A stretch of 63,975 nucleotides of DNA, the filler included, from Folioceros fuciformis (taxonomy: Eukaryota), in NCBI GenBank assembly GCA_049999805.1. It is 6 parts of 5 records of this genome, joined end to end, with 100 filler letters (N's around TTAATTAATTAA, not from the genome) between each part and the next. Parts side by side here need not be neighbours in the genome. Positions count along the whole stretch, not along the records: positions 8,703 to 23,261 come from JBNGIO010005868.1; positions 23,362 to 36,814 come from JBNGIO010005870.1; 4 more parts are not named here. One strand, written 5' to 3'. Made by a program: the position numbers and the translations under genes. The notes under the pieces are model-generated. The model had not been told where the DNA came from and did not search any database. It saw only the letters and a program-made list of their open reading frames with translations. Each line of letters starts with the position of its first letter. The stretch's first letter is position 1. Positions 20,901-32,595 of the stretch are shown here, piece by piece.

Positions 20901-23261
20901 ACAGTGTAACACCGGAGGAGAAGTTCACAGGGAAGAAACCTGACTTGTCACACTTAAAGGTATTTGGTTGCATTGCTTATGTCCATATTCCGGATGAGTT
21001 GCGGACTAAGCTTGATCCAAAAGCAGAAAAGTGTGTCTTCATTGGGTATTCTGTTACACAGAAAGGATACAGGTGCTACAATCCCAGTACACGGACTATG
21101 AGAGTAAGCAGAGACGTAGTCTTTGATGAAATGGGTAGCTGGTACTTTGAAGTACAAGGAAGTAGTGTAGCTGATTTGCTTGAAACTGAGGTAACAAGCA
21201 ATGCAGGTCAACAATCACAAGTGTTGAGTGGACCGCAAGCGTCATCAAACTCGACAAATGTTCAGAATCCATGGAGTGGCAGGTTGCGAGGTAGTGTGAG
21301 TCCTACGAGCTCCACAGCTGTGTCTCGCAAAGGGAAGGAAACAGTCCAGGATTCAAAGATACCAGACCTAAGTGCAGGTGCGGATGATTCAAGCGACTCT
21401 GAGCAGAGCTTGGATGAGGAATTCGGTGTACCGAAAATCGAAACACCTGGTGCAAAAGAGGTTCAATCAGCCCCTGGAAGTGGTTCAATCCCACGGAGAT
21501 CTGGAAGGCAGAAGGTTCCAATACAGCGGTTGACCTATGATAGCTATGTAGCTAGGCACCATGCCTATATGGCAAAGGTTGTACAGGATGTGGAACCAAG
21601 AAGCTTTGAAGAAGCTATTGGAGACACAAAGTGGGAACATGCTATGGATGAAGAAATGAATGCGTTAAATCAGAATGCAACATGGGACCTAGTACAACTA
21701 CCTGAAGGCAAGAAACCAATAGGTTGCAAATGGGTGTACAAGGTCAAACACAACGCAGATGGTAGTATCAACAGGTACAAGGCAAGGCTTGTGGCCAAGG
21801 GATATGCCCAGACATATGGAATAGATTTTGAGGAGACGTTCAGTCCAGTTGCCAAAATGGCAACAATTCGAACCGTGATCGCACTAGCGGCATCGAAAGG
21901 TTGGGTCCTACATCATATGGATGTGAAGAATGCGTTTTTACATGGAGAATTGCTGGAAGAAGTATACATGGACCAGCCACCAGGTTATGAGGATTTGGAT
22001 CATCCAAATCATGTGTGCAAGCTGAAAAAAACGTTGTACGGACTGAAGCAAGCCCCGAGGGCTTGGCATGAGCGTCTTGCTCAGCATCTGATTCACATCG
22101 GATTCAACATGGCAGATGCGGATCATTCGTTGTATGTGTGCAAAAGTACAACACGACTGGTCTTTGTGACCATTTATGTGGATGATCTAATCATTGGAGG
22201 TAATCAGTTGGATCAAGTGGAGCAGATCAAGGAACTTCTACAACAAGAGTTCAAGATGGCGGACCTAGGTGAACTGAGGTTCTTTTTGGGCATTGAAATT
22301 ATACGAACCAACACAGGCATTTGGCTGTCACAGCGGAAGTATGCGTCGGATGTACTAACTAAGTATGGTATGGTTGAGTGCAAGCCAATCTCGATTCCTT
22401 TGGATCAAAATCTAAAGCTCAGTGCTCATGATGGTGAAGCACTTGAAGATCCAACAATGTACAGGAAGGTTGTGGGTAGCTTGATATATCTCACTCTATC
22501 CCGACCAGATTTGAACTATACAGTGGGATTGCAAAGTCAGTTTATGCAAGCGCCAAGAAAGCCACATTTGGATGCAGTAAGGCGAACGTTGCGCTATGTG
22601 AAGGCAACTATGGATCATGCTCTCTTTTATGTTGCAGATTTAGAAATAAACCTGTGTGGGTACACAGATGCAGATTGGGCAGGCAGTGTTACTGATCGTA
22701 GATCTACAAGTGGATTCATTTTTTCACTTGGGAGTGCAGCAATTACATGGAGTAGCAAGAAGCAGCCTACAGTGGCTTTGTCTAGTACAGAAGCTGAATA
22801 CAGAGGCGCAGCAATGGCAGCGTGTGAAGTGACTTGGATTTGTAAGTTACTCGGAGATTTTGGATTGCAGGTCAACGACAAGGTTGTTATCTACTGTGAC
22901 AATCTTAGCAGCATACAGTTGGCGCGAAACCCGGTGTTTCATGCCAGGACAAAACACATTGAAATACATTATCATTTTCTTCGCGAACGGATTTTATCTG
23001 GAGCTATTGATCTTGTGTATGTCAACACAGACGAGCAGATAGCCGATATATTTACTAAGCCAATGGGAGCAGAGAAGCTGAAGAAATTCCGAGCTATGTT
23101 AGGCGTACAAATGCTATGTTGAGCTCGAGGGGGAGTGTTGAGTTATCGAGCTCTATATGAGCTAAACTCATGTGGTGTTAGTTATCCCAGTTGGGTTCAT
23201 ACTAGACTAGTTCTAGTTATTAGTGAACTTAGGATAGTGTAGATTATCCCATATTGAACCT
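17971..23261 (+). mobile_element. Full-length, apparently intact Ty1/copia LTR retrotransposon
   Basis: 5' LTR 17971-18263 (TG..CA), PBS 18264-18275, PPT 23127-23135. The 3' LTR 23136-23261 is identical to 17971-18096 up to the gap. Confidence 0.97.
18827..23122 (+). CDS. Copia Gag-Pol polyprotein, 1431 aa from the first ATG
   Basis: UBN2 gag, zinc knuckle CWTCGRLDHFERDC, protease VDSGAS, WHKRIGH, integrase SDVWGP/SDGGGE/NGVAE, RT YVDD, RNase H DADW/EAEY/CDN/ADIFTK. Confidence 0.97.
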   Translation: MASDSINQIVQEKLDKNNFHAWKFRFTNFLMGKGYWDYIEGEHEKPPVVFERNATAEQIKALKDWSQGSRKVMYWLSINIHDTMIGHIQDAESPKEAWDELVKLYETNTKARKLQLKNDFNTVMKKNLSINEYALKIKGIVESLASIGVIVEDDDKVEVCLRGLTPAYKQFKTSIQTRENIPNFSDLISMLIIEEKNLGEESSSKPKENFEQAFYSGRGRGRAQGGRGQRGGRGRNPYQNQQQNQESQYKSTRGRGENSRGWGSQRGRGNQQQNDANADNSGCWTCGRLDHFERDCPRRNQGNRRQQNNYASSSSQNDSENLFVMQHVLNSVSANGSNNGEIVWYVDSGASNHMTCHGEWFKEMQVLDKPGYVETGDDTTHAIVHTGTVPLKMQDGKVKCLVDVLHVPNITKNLVSVGQMVEQGLQVRFTPAGLFVEECKKGGRLIAQGQKVGRMFTLNVEVPKLKSAMFAKGTRVVTDLEMWHKRIGHVNVQKLKSMQHQKVVTGIPKLTENGLQGICEACQLGKQPRNAFPHDKHVSRYVLDVVHSDVWGPTQTASIGGCKYYVTFIDNHIRKVWVYFMKEKSEVITHFHTFKAMVEKQTGRHIKCLRSDGGGEYFSREFSKFLSEQGIQRQYSCRYTPQQNGVAERKNRHIAEVARALMTEKKMPHYYWAEAVSTAVYIMNRTSTAAVHSVTPEEKFTGKKPDLSHLKVFGCIAYVHIPDELRTKLDPKAEKCVFIGYSVTQKGYRCYNPSTRTMRVSRDVVFDEMGSWYFEVQGSSVADLLETEVTSNAGQQSQVLSGPQASSNSTNVQNPWSGRLRGSVSPTSSTAVSRKGKETVQDSKIPDLSAGADDSSDSEQSLDEEFGVPKIETPGAKEVQSAPGSGSIPRRSGRQKVPIQRLTYDSYVARHHAYMAKVVQDVEPRSFEEAIGDTKWEHAMDEEMNALNQNATWDLVQLPEGKKPIGCKWVYKVKHNADGSINRYKARLVAKGYAQTYGIDFEETFSPVAKMATIRTVIALAASKGWVLHHMDVKNAFLHGELLEEVYMDQPPGYEDLDHPNHVCKLKKTLYGLKQAPRAWHERLAQHLIHIGFNMADADHSLYVCKSTTRLVFVTIYVDDLIIGGNQLDQVEQIKELLQQEFKMADLGELRFFLGIEIIRTNTGIWLSQRKYASDVLTKYGMVECKPISIPLDQNLKLSAHDGEALEDPTMYRKVVGSLIYLTLSRPDLNYTVGLQSQFMQAPRKPHLDAVRRTLRYVKATMDHALFYVADLEINLCGYTDADWAGSVTDRRSTSGFIFSLGSAAITWSSKKQPTVALSSTEAEYRGAAMAACEVTWICKLLGDFGLQVNDKVVIYCDNLSSIQLARNPVFHARTKHIEIHYHFLRERILSGAIDLVYVNTDEQIADIFTKPMGAEKLKKFRAMLGVQMLC

Positions 23262-23361
23262 NNNNNNNNNNNNNNNNNNNNNNNNNNNNNNNNNNNNNNN
23301 NNNNNTTAATTAATTAANNNNNNNNNNNNNNNNNNNNNNNNNNNNNNNNNNNNNNNNNNNN

Positions 23362-26300
23362 AGGCTGCAGGGGGCGCTGCACCGAGCTGGCTGTAACCGG
23401 GGCCGGATCGTGTGGCCGACATGTGGCTCGGCAACTTCTGGATCTGGAAGCCGGCAGGAGGCTTAGCGGCAGTCGCATCCAGGCTAGGCGGCTGTAGGCT
23501 TTGGGGTGATTCGGGCTGTGGCCGATCAGCCAGCAGCTGCCAACCCAAAAGATCGGGCTGCAGGCAGCCAAAAGCGGCAGGGGAAGCCGAGTAGTGTCTG
23601 GCTGCATGCACCCAAGCAGCCAGGCAGGCTGGCTACTGGCCTCCAAGCAGACGAACCCGGCAGGCAGCCAAGCCGGGCGGGCTGGCTGCCTAACTGGATT
23701 CGGAGGCAGGAGGCTGGAGGCTAGGGTGTGACCTCGAAGTGGGCGGCCTGGCTGGCGCTGACGGCTGGCTGCCCAACAGATCTGGAAGGCAGGAGGCCGG
23801 GTGGCGTCCTCTGGGGTCGGAGGATCTAGGCGGTTTGGTAGCGGCAGTGGAGCGAGCAGTGGCTGACTAATATTAGAGCCAAGCAGTGCCTGACTGATAT
23901 TGGAGCCAGGCAATCGGCGGCTGGCGGTGAGGCCAGGCGGGCTGTAGGCAGGTAGGCGGCTTGCAGCAGCTTGTAAGCAACCTAGTAGATGCCGGATCGC
24001 TAGGCAGCCAGGCCGACTTGCAGCAGCTTGTAAGCAACCTAGTAGATGCCGGATCGCCAGGCAGCCAGGCTGCCGCCTGGCGGCTGGCAGCAGTGGCTGA
24101 GATGGCTAGCCAGCGGGATCAGGTGGCCTCAGGGGTGGATTAGGTGACAGGCCTCCGGAGGCACTGGCGGCTTGGCTGGATCCAGAGGGGCAGCAGGCCT
24201 CTAGTAGGTGGTCGGATCCAGGAGGTCGCGCATCCAGGCTGGTGCAAGAGAATCGAACCCAGACAGGCCATGGTGGCCGAGCAGGGGGCTGAGTCGTAGT
24301 GGTCCTGTGATCCGTTGGCCGGGACGGAGCCATGTAGGGGCTGGCTGGTGGGCACGTCCTCCTTGCTGCCCAGATCTAGCCAGCCCAAAGGTGGCCAGGC
24401 GGCAGTTGTGGCAGCCTGCAGGCGGATCTGTTGGCTAGCTGCCTGGCCAAATCCAGGAGGACAGGCCGGCTTGGCACGCGATCTGGAGGGTGGTTGGGCC
24501 AGTGGCGGCCCGGCTTTGCGACCAGTGGGGCTGGCCAGCTGGATGCGGCTGCGGGCGGCCGGACTGGTTGAGACTGCAGGCATGCAACCAGCAAGCAGCC
24601 TGGTAGAGGCCTAGCTGGTCGGCGGCTGGCTGGCAAGCGGCTGGCAAGCGATCCTGCAGGCGGATCCGACCAGGCAGCTGCCTGGTGCAGGCCGGCTGGC
24701 TTGGCAAGGAGCAGGGGGCGCTGCCAGAGCAGGTACACACCTGGCGGTTGGCGGGTGGCTCAGCGGGATCTGGGGCCAGCCAGGCTGCAGGTAGGGCTGG
24801 GGGGACGATGGATCCAACAGCCAAGTCGACTAGCTAGACCATGGCCAGTCGGCGGCTGGCTGGATCATGGCCAAAGCAGTCGGGTTGCAGAAAGGCACGA
24901 CCACAGGGCTGGCTGCGGAGGAGGCTAGAGCGGACTCAAGCAGGATCCGGGTTGGATCCAAGTAGGCGATGGCACTGGACCTGGACTAGGCGGGGTGCAG
25001 GCGAATCCTGGGAGGCAGGAGGCAAGCTAGGCAGTCCAGTGGTCCAGGCGGATCAGAGGTGGGTGCTAGTCGAATTGCCAGGCAGCCAGCGGGCGGACCA
25101 GTAGCAGGCTAGCAGGCAGTCAGAGGGTAGGCATGTCCGATGCTGGCTGGATCACGGCTAGTAGATTAGTCGGGGGCAGGAAGCTGCTCTTGCGACCCTG
25201 GTGGAAGGCTCTGGTGGAATCAGGGGCCAGATCCGGGCTGAGGTTCCGGCTGGATCCAGTGGGCAAGGTAGCTGCATGGCAAAAGTTGGGAAGACGGATC
25301 GCCAGGCGGGTGCAGGCAAGCAGCCAGGACCAGCTGCAGGTGACGGGATCCAGTAGGGGCAGGCTGGCCAGTTGACTCTGGTTGGCTAGCTAGCCGGACG
25401 GCTTAGGAAGGCAGGCCGGCTGGCTGCAGGATCCCAAACAAGCTAGTGACCAGTCGAATCTGGGCGGGCAGGCACCCTAGCAGCGCAGAAACCCAGCAGC
25501 AGGCAAGCAGCCAAGATTGACTGCAGATGGATCCAGGCTGGTCGGGCATGGGCAGGACGGGTGGATTGAGCTGGGGCCGCCTGGGGTGGCCGAATGGCCA
25601 GGGGAACTGAAGGTGGACGGGGAGGCAGAGGTGGAAAAATGTGTGTGTTTCCCTAGTAGGTTGGAGGCAAGGAGGATGGTGGTGGATGATGTGAAGTCTG
25701 CAAGGGCTGCATTACGCTGGGCCATGCTCAATGTGGTCCGCAGCGGAGACCTTATCACCTTGCTACCTATGCACCCCTCTATCCCTGCCCATCCTTCTCC
25801 CTCTGTTCACAGTGCAACATGCCTGCTTAAGGGCGAGGCCAAGGTTGTGGACAGAAGGACCTCATAGGGCAACGGCGCTGGAGATGGAACGCAGTTGTGG
25901 AGAACATTTCAACCTCACTGCTAATTAGTGAGAAAACTACAAAACCTGGCCGGGGGGGGAATCCCGGCAGGTGGCTGGCCTGAGACGGCTGGGGGCTGGA
26001 TTCGGGAACCGGGCAGTGGCCCGCGGCCTAGTTACGGGATCCTAAGCAAGAAAGACAGCGGGATTCGGGCTGTGGTCTCGGGCGGATCCGGCTGACTGCA
26101 GATGCAAGGGTAGGTGTTAGCTGTCTGGATACGGGCTGCAGGCACTAGATGAGTAGATCTGCTGGGTCATGGGGTCCTTGGCCAGCAGGATGGGGAGTAG
26201 ACGACTGGAGGAAGGTGGAGTCTTTGAGGGGTTGCAGATGACATAAGGGAAAGGAGAGGATCAGAGAGGGGAAGAGGGTGTTGAGAGGCACTCATGAGTT

Positions 26301-27334
26301 TTGGTAGTTTGGAGAGGTTGATTAATTTTGATAAGAGCAACCAGGGCCGCAAGTTAGAATCAGTTAGGTTAGAGTCAGGTTAGGTCGGAGTTAGGTTTAA
26401 GGTTTTGACGATTGGAGGGTTCTATCTGAGGCTTGCTGACCTGGTTAGGTTGTAACAGGGGTTCTTGGCCAAGGAGGTATAAGAGGCCAGGCCTGTCATT
26501 GAGGGGGGAGGCTTTTTTTGGTGATGAGCACCCTTGACCTGTGTGCAGGCTGCTGGGTTAGAGGTTTAACCCAGTGTGTAGATGTGCCTCGGCCTTGATT
26601 CCCCATGCCACTAGGGGAACGTGGTGGCTCCCAAAATCGTTGAGATCTGGGTGGCCAAATCCGCAGGGGCCGACCTTTCTTGCATACTGGTTGGGTGGTT
26701 GGGGTACCTTGACATCCCTAAGGGGTTTCCAAGGCGACGAATTGCAGGGCTGTGAGCCGAGGAGGCTATCCAGCCTGGGTCTGCACATCCCTCCCTCAAG
26801 GACTGCAGGTGAGGGGCTGCTGTGTTCTAAAATCCAGGAGTGAGACGTGAAGGTGAAGGGTTGAAGAGTTGAAGTGCTGGAGCAAAGATTTGAAGTGCTG
26901 GAGTAGAGATTTGAAGTGCTGGAGTTTGGAGTTGTTGTGCTGGGGTGAGGAGCTTAGGTGCTGAAGTTCTCAATCAGCTGCTGAGGTGGCTGGCATTTAG
27001 GGCTGAGAATGGAGGTCGAGGCCAGGGCTAGGGTCTCCTCTCAGCTGCTGAGGCGGCTGATACCCGAAGCTGGAAGTGGGAGCTGAAGATGATGTTGAGT
27101 CCTCATTCAACTGGGGTTGTGGCTGGTGTTGAAGACAGGGTTCTGATCTTTTTGCCGTAGTGTGGTTAGGTCTAGGAGCCGGCTGATAGAGAGGATTAGA
27201 TTTGGGTAGTGTGAGGGAGATTGTAGGAAACCTTGACACTAGTTCACTCCCTTGGGAGCGAATCTTAGTACTACGATGATAATAAGGGGGAAGTGTGGCC
27301 CTTAGTGGTTCTTGGGTGTAAGTTCCACTCCACA
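23362..27334 (+). mobile_element. Right ~4 kb of GC-rich TGTGGA-family element, ending CTCCACA
   Basis: 26360-27334 aligns with 37180-38230. Shares an interior module (~24218-24265) with ~6446-6492. TATAAGAG at ~26478. Confidence 0.75.
25661..25880 (+). pseudogene. Captured fragment of a plant universal stress protein (USP-A) gene
   Basis: EARRMVVDDVKSARAALRWAMLNVVRSGDLITLLPMHP resembles the plant USP N-terminus RRIVVVV..AARxALxWAxxN..R.GD.I.LLHV. Confidence 0.7.
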
Positions 27335-27526
27335 ACCCTCCTGTGGCTCCCACTGTCTAAACATTAATAGATGCTTTCCACGGAGGACAGTAATCATCAT
27401 GCCTCCACGTCGCTCCTCCCGTGTTATTTTGAACTAGTGCTGGTAACTATGATTATGTAAGTTGCAAACTGTTGCATCGTTTAGCCCTCCCTTCTCAATC
27501 CCTTTGGCCATACGTAGGCTCAAAAG

Positions 27527-27956
27527 TCAGCCACCTCCATCACCATCTGCACCTTCGAACAAGGCATGCACACTTGCATGATCAGCTTCAACATGGTCTC
27601 CAATGACAGGGCCTTTTTGTGCTTCAATGTCTTTGAAACATGAGAACATTTGATCAACAACATCGTGTGTGTGCCCTACCAGGAGAAATCCAATCATCAC
27701 CTTCTCGAAAATCCCTTTCTCCACAAGCATACTTAGATATGCAAACAAAAGCATATTCTTGTTTATCAGGCGATGTTGTCTAAATGTAGATAAAAAGTCT
27801 TGGGCAATACCCCTGGATGCTTAGAGATGACGTCTTGTATAATATGAATTGTAAGGTTTGCATTGTTTTGGATGTTTGGAAAATAGAGGAAAACCTTCGT
27901 CCCTACTCCAGTGTTGTAGACAAGGCAACCTACAAGATGGACGGGGATGAGCCCAT
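27527..27956 (-). pseudogene. Second DUF7869/Sola-like transposase fragment
   Basis: LIPVHLVGCLVY...NLTIHII...FYLHLDNIA* and LLFAYLSMLVEKGIFEKVMIGFLLVGHTHDVVDQMFS, homologous to ~11000-11310. Confidence 0.85.
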
Positions 27957-29346
27957 CTGCAATGGGCTCATCCTCGCCCCCTGCGAAACGACAATTTAAC
28001 TTGTCGTTTCGGCAAGGGGGTGCGGTTTCGATGAGGGCGCACCCCCTCGCAAGTGCACACTCCTTCGCTGTGCGCTCCAGCGCGGTAGCGCGCTCCCACT
28101 CCAGCACCTGCAAAAGGTTGCAGGTGCGATCGGCTGTGGGCGCTGGGTCGGCGAGCCGGGGCGCCTCCTCCTACTGAGCGTTGTGTCTGAATTTGGTAAG
28201 TTTCAAGTCAAAATTGGCCAAGAATTGCTCCTCATCCTGCAGTCCTGCACACTCCCTTAGATCCCCCTCAATTCTCAACGAAGTTTGCTCGATTCTGGCA
28301 ACATTTGATAGAAGTTGAGTAACAGGGGACAGATCCTTTGTGGGGGGGAGTAGGAGACTACGTGATGCCCCAGGAACTAGGTTATCCTCAGAAAAGACGT
28401 GGACGAAACAACTTTCCATGGGGCTCGAGGTGGGAGAGCAAATACAATCGTGGGGAGTGAACCATACCCCCTATGGTGCTACGGCCCACCTACAGCCATG
28501 GAGGAGAGAATGTAGGACGTTGATATCTGAATTTGCTGAATTTGTTGAATTTGCTACTGTAATGCATCCTTAACGTTACCTTTCCAAAAGGTAACGTTAA
28601 GGATGCTAATGCTTACGTGGTATAACGAGCTTGGGGAGGACTGGGACTTGCGTCCCGAATGTCTCCTATAGCATCCCAAATCTGGCAGCTCGGCGCTCAA
28701 ATCTCCAGCAACGCATGATTTGCTAGCTCTCCCAACCCCAGCAACTTGGCCCTGTGGATCACATTCACTCAGGGATCTGTCTACCTGCCTATTGCTTGGA
28801 TCCATAGAGAAAATAAGATTGGAGGATTAAGAAGGAAGGGGGAAAGGAAGAAAAATGTAGAAGGGAGGAAGAGAGAAATGGGCATGGGAGCGGCCGTAGT
28901 TCTGCCCTAGCTAGGATGAAGCTCTCATGGCCGTTTAGTCAATTATGCAACCTCGTCAGCTAGCCAGACCACCATGACATATCCCATATTCCCGCTCCTA
29001 GGTTCAAATAATTATTTTATTAATAGGAATATATATTTAATTAATATTAAACCAATCACCAAACCTAAATTCAAACCTTCCCGACCCTCTGGTTCTGTAC
29101 CAGACCTAAACTTTTCCGGGTCTGGGACCAAACCTATATACCCACTCTAATAACCAAACCAATTATTTGCTTGTCAATTAACCTAATTAGCACAAGGAAA
29201 AATAGGAAAATAAGAAAAATGACCAGAAAATAAAGAAAATTAGGGAAAATAAGTAAAAAAAGAAAACCAAACCATACCACTATTAACCCTTTTTCAACCA
29301 AAACAAACCACTACCCCAAACTTTGGAGGTTCACAGACTGTCCAGA

Positions 29347-29872
29347 TGATGCGAGAGGTCTACCGACGGCCGGTCGAAGAGCGAGACGGACTCTATCTCA
29401 ACTCCTAGCGAAATAAGGAGTTGGTAACGGAAGCAGCGGCAACCCTCCTAGCAGCAGACTCCACCAAAACCACCAATGAGTGGCTAATTCATGACTTGAA
29501 GGATCCTCGCATTCGAGCAATGGCACGACTGATTGTCAACTGGCTGCTGTTACCAAGATGGACCACATAGCTGATGGTGTGCCACTGCTCCTCTATGGAT
29601 TGGCAAAGGACACCCTAGTGGATTCGGGAAAGGTGGTGGCTTGTCGGATCCACTCCGATGTTCAGAAACTCAAGCAGGAAAAACCCCCACCCTCAGGATT
29701 AGCACCCTTCCTTTTCCATACTTGGGACCATTACAAGGTCCTGACTGATTTAGAAAAGGCGTTCTTTGCCTTACTACCGCCGGCCTCAACCCCAGCCCCA
29801 GCCCCAGCCTCTACTCTGCAAAAAAGGCACCACTATCAGCGACTCAGCCAAAGGCTCTCCCCATCGTGCTAG
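29347..29872 (+). pseudogene. Degenerate accessory ORF of probable LTR-retrotransposon origin
   Basis: Protein-like text across one frameshift: WLIHDLKDPRIRAMARL / VDSGKVVACRIHSDV..LAPFLFHTWDHY. Domain not identified. Confidence 0.4.
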
Positions 29873-29945
29873 TGCCTTCGGCGGTATCCGAGCCCTCAAA
29901 GGATAGTGGGCAGGCAGCCCCAGCCTCACCTTCCATAGCTTTGGC

Positions 29946-32432
29946 TGTTCAACCTGGTTAGGGTTCCCCGATAACCACGTCACTTAGGTTTTAGTTAAAC
30001 ATTTAAGGTAGGTCAAGTAAGCAACCTCAAGAATGAAAAGTCACTTAGTTATTTACAATTTTGTACTTAAAGAATTTTTCCTTTAATTAAATGTATTGTT
30101 TATGAGACCAAGTCTCTTCTCTCTCTTGCTCTCCGCTGTAGGACAGTTTACATGGTATTAGAGCAATGTTCAGATCCTTAAATATACGCTAATATGCTTA
30201 TGCTATCGGAATTGTGCACAATTCCCTTTTACGATCTAAGCAATGCAAAATTGATATAGGGAATTTACAATACTAGGGGATCATAATCTTACAATTATGT
30301 CCTTTGTAGTTTTTCCTACGAGGAGCATGCTTTATAGAAATCCGTTGCATAATTTCTAAATGAGCGAAGAGAGTTTTAAAGGCAAAAATGCCTCATCGTA
30401 ATTCTCAGAGGCATGCTACTGTTCAAAGAAATTCTAGACATAGAAATGTAGAACAGTGGGTGCGCAATCCCTACACAAACCCGAACCCAAGACTTCAAAA
30501 TCCCTGTCATAGTATAGCACATTTAGAGCCTAGGTTTGTTGGACGAACCGAGCGATTTCCATCTCGTCGTGTAGGCAGTTATCATGGACGGGGTTGCGAT
30601 GATTACTATACTCAACGCGTAGAATTTGGCTTGCCTGGAGGACGACCTATCAACAATTTCTCTTGCACATCAGATCCCGTGTGGGATTCAGAGTGGCACT
30701 CCGTTTTGCGCCCTTTCGACATCAAAAACTTGGCAAGACAGATCCAAGATTTTACCAATCAATATAAGAAGTCCTCTCAATTTGAGAGCAAGCTCAATTC
30801 CCTGCTTTAGAGTGTGGAGTCGATGCGTGAGATGTTTCAACGAGGTTGTTCAGTAATCCCTCGCCGAAATTAGAGATCCACCATTCTGTTATTTTAGCAC
30901 CACCCTGGCGCACACCCAGCCTGCAGGAGCAATTTCCAGAGGTCAGATTCCAAGCGGTGCCAGTATTTCTGTGAAGAGGCGCCAACTAGGATTCATCTGA
31001 AGACGCGAGCTACCCTCACAACTGTTCCAATCAAGGATGGACTGCAAGTGATGTGTTCCCTGGAAGGACGCGAAACCTGCATTTATCCGGAATCGTCAGG
31101 TCTTGTGACTCGCGACCCTTCACAATTTTCACAACTCTTCATTACAGAGTGCTCCATGGCCAACACTCTCGAAGAGCATTCTTCCTCTGACAATCTGAAC
31201 AGATCATCTCAGGGAAGCCAGAGACGATGAGCACCTCCGCTGACATCCTCTTCGGCCTAGGTGCCAATGGCTCAGCTGCAGGTGCTGCAAGCACCGGGAG
31301 CACCGGGGGCTCAACAGCCAGCTCCCCTAGCACTGGTGCCCCTTTGGCGAGTGCAGTAAGCACTGGCAGGCTTGCTACTTCCCTGCTAGGAGCGCCTTGG
31401 GGAGGTCTGCACCCTCCAGGACCCACAAGACCTCTGCCTCCTCCTCCTTGAGGACCAGGGCCTCCCTCATTACCACCACCTCTGCTCACTAATCCCACTC
31501 AAATGTATCAACCTGCCTATACAATTGAATTCAAGGAATGTGACGAATTCAATGGCAACAAGTACCCTGTGTGGAGTGTGCAGATGCGTACTGCTCTTGA
31601 AGCTAGGCATGTATGCAGCGTTGTGACTAGCCAGTATCCGAAACCTGCATCAAATTCCGGACAAGATGATAAGGACAAGTGGGCCAATTCTAATAATGTT
31701 GCTCGTGCCCTGCTCATAAGTGGATTGGATGAAGTTCTGGTTCCAAATGTTGCTTACCTACTCAAGGTAGAAGACATTTGGAAACAACTGTCACAAACTT
31801 ACGATGTCAAGAACATAATTACACTCTGTGCTGTACGAAGTGAGTTGTTCTCATTGAGGATGTATGAGGCGGAGAAGGCAACTATTTTTGTGGCCAAGTT
31901 CAGACATTTAAGATCACAACTTATCTCACTTGGGTCACAGATGCTGGACCTTGATGTTGTTGCTCAATTGCTAACAAGCCTTCCTTCCAGCTATCAGCCT
32001 TTTGTATCAAGCTATGTTGCAGCCCTCCGTGCTGCTGAGCAAGTTGCGGTTGCAGGACAACCACCCAACATAACTTTCACTAATGTAGTGGGTGCCTTAT
32101 TCCAAGAAGAGTAGTAGAGCAGGAGCTCTCACACATCAGTACAGACCAAAGCTGACAAAGTGTTGTTAGCATCTAAGAATAAATTCCAAGGCAAAGCAAA
32201 GCATTCACTTGGTGTTGGAGTTGCCAAGCCAAAGCAAGGTAAAAGAACTGGAGCCTGCAATTGGTGTGAGGTTCCAGGGCATTAGGAACGGGAATGCAGG
32301 AAGAAGAAATATGGAAAACCAAGAAAAGCCGAGGAGACCCACATAGCGGTCGAGGTGCACTCAATTTCCAAGGACAGGTCTTCACACGCCTCATCTTGCA
32401 GCAAGCAGCCCGTGGTAATGACCGTCTGTCAT
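29946..32432 (+). mobile_element. 5' part of a copia element: LTR ~29946-30152, PBS 30153-30164, ~1.3-kb leader, gag pseudogene
   Basis: TGGTATTAGAGC. Gag ORF 31503-32114 is close to the gag at 59544. A decayed knuckle CNWC..GH*EREC follows. Confidence 0.85.
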
Positions 32433-32595
32433 TCTACCACAGTTTGTAAACCAGACTCTTGGTGTCGAAAATGGTAGAGCATGAGAAGAGAGCATAAGGA
32501 AAACAAACATAAATTATATGAATGATAGAATAATTAGAAAGAGTCATGTAAGTGAATATATGACTATCCACTAGGCTATGCACCCATTCACTAAC

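Noticed and set aside
19430-23042. Short antisense and alternate-frame ORFs within gag-pol
   Set aside because: Shadow ORFs of the long coding frame.
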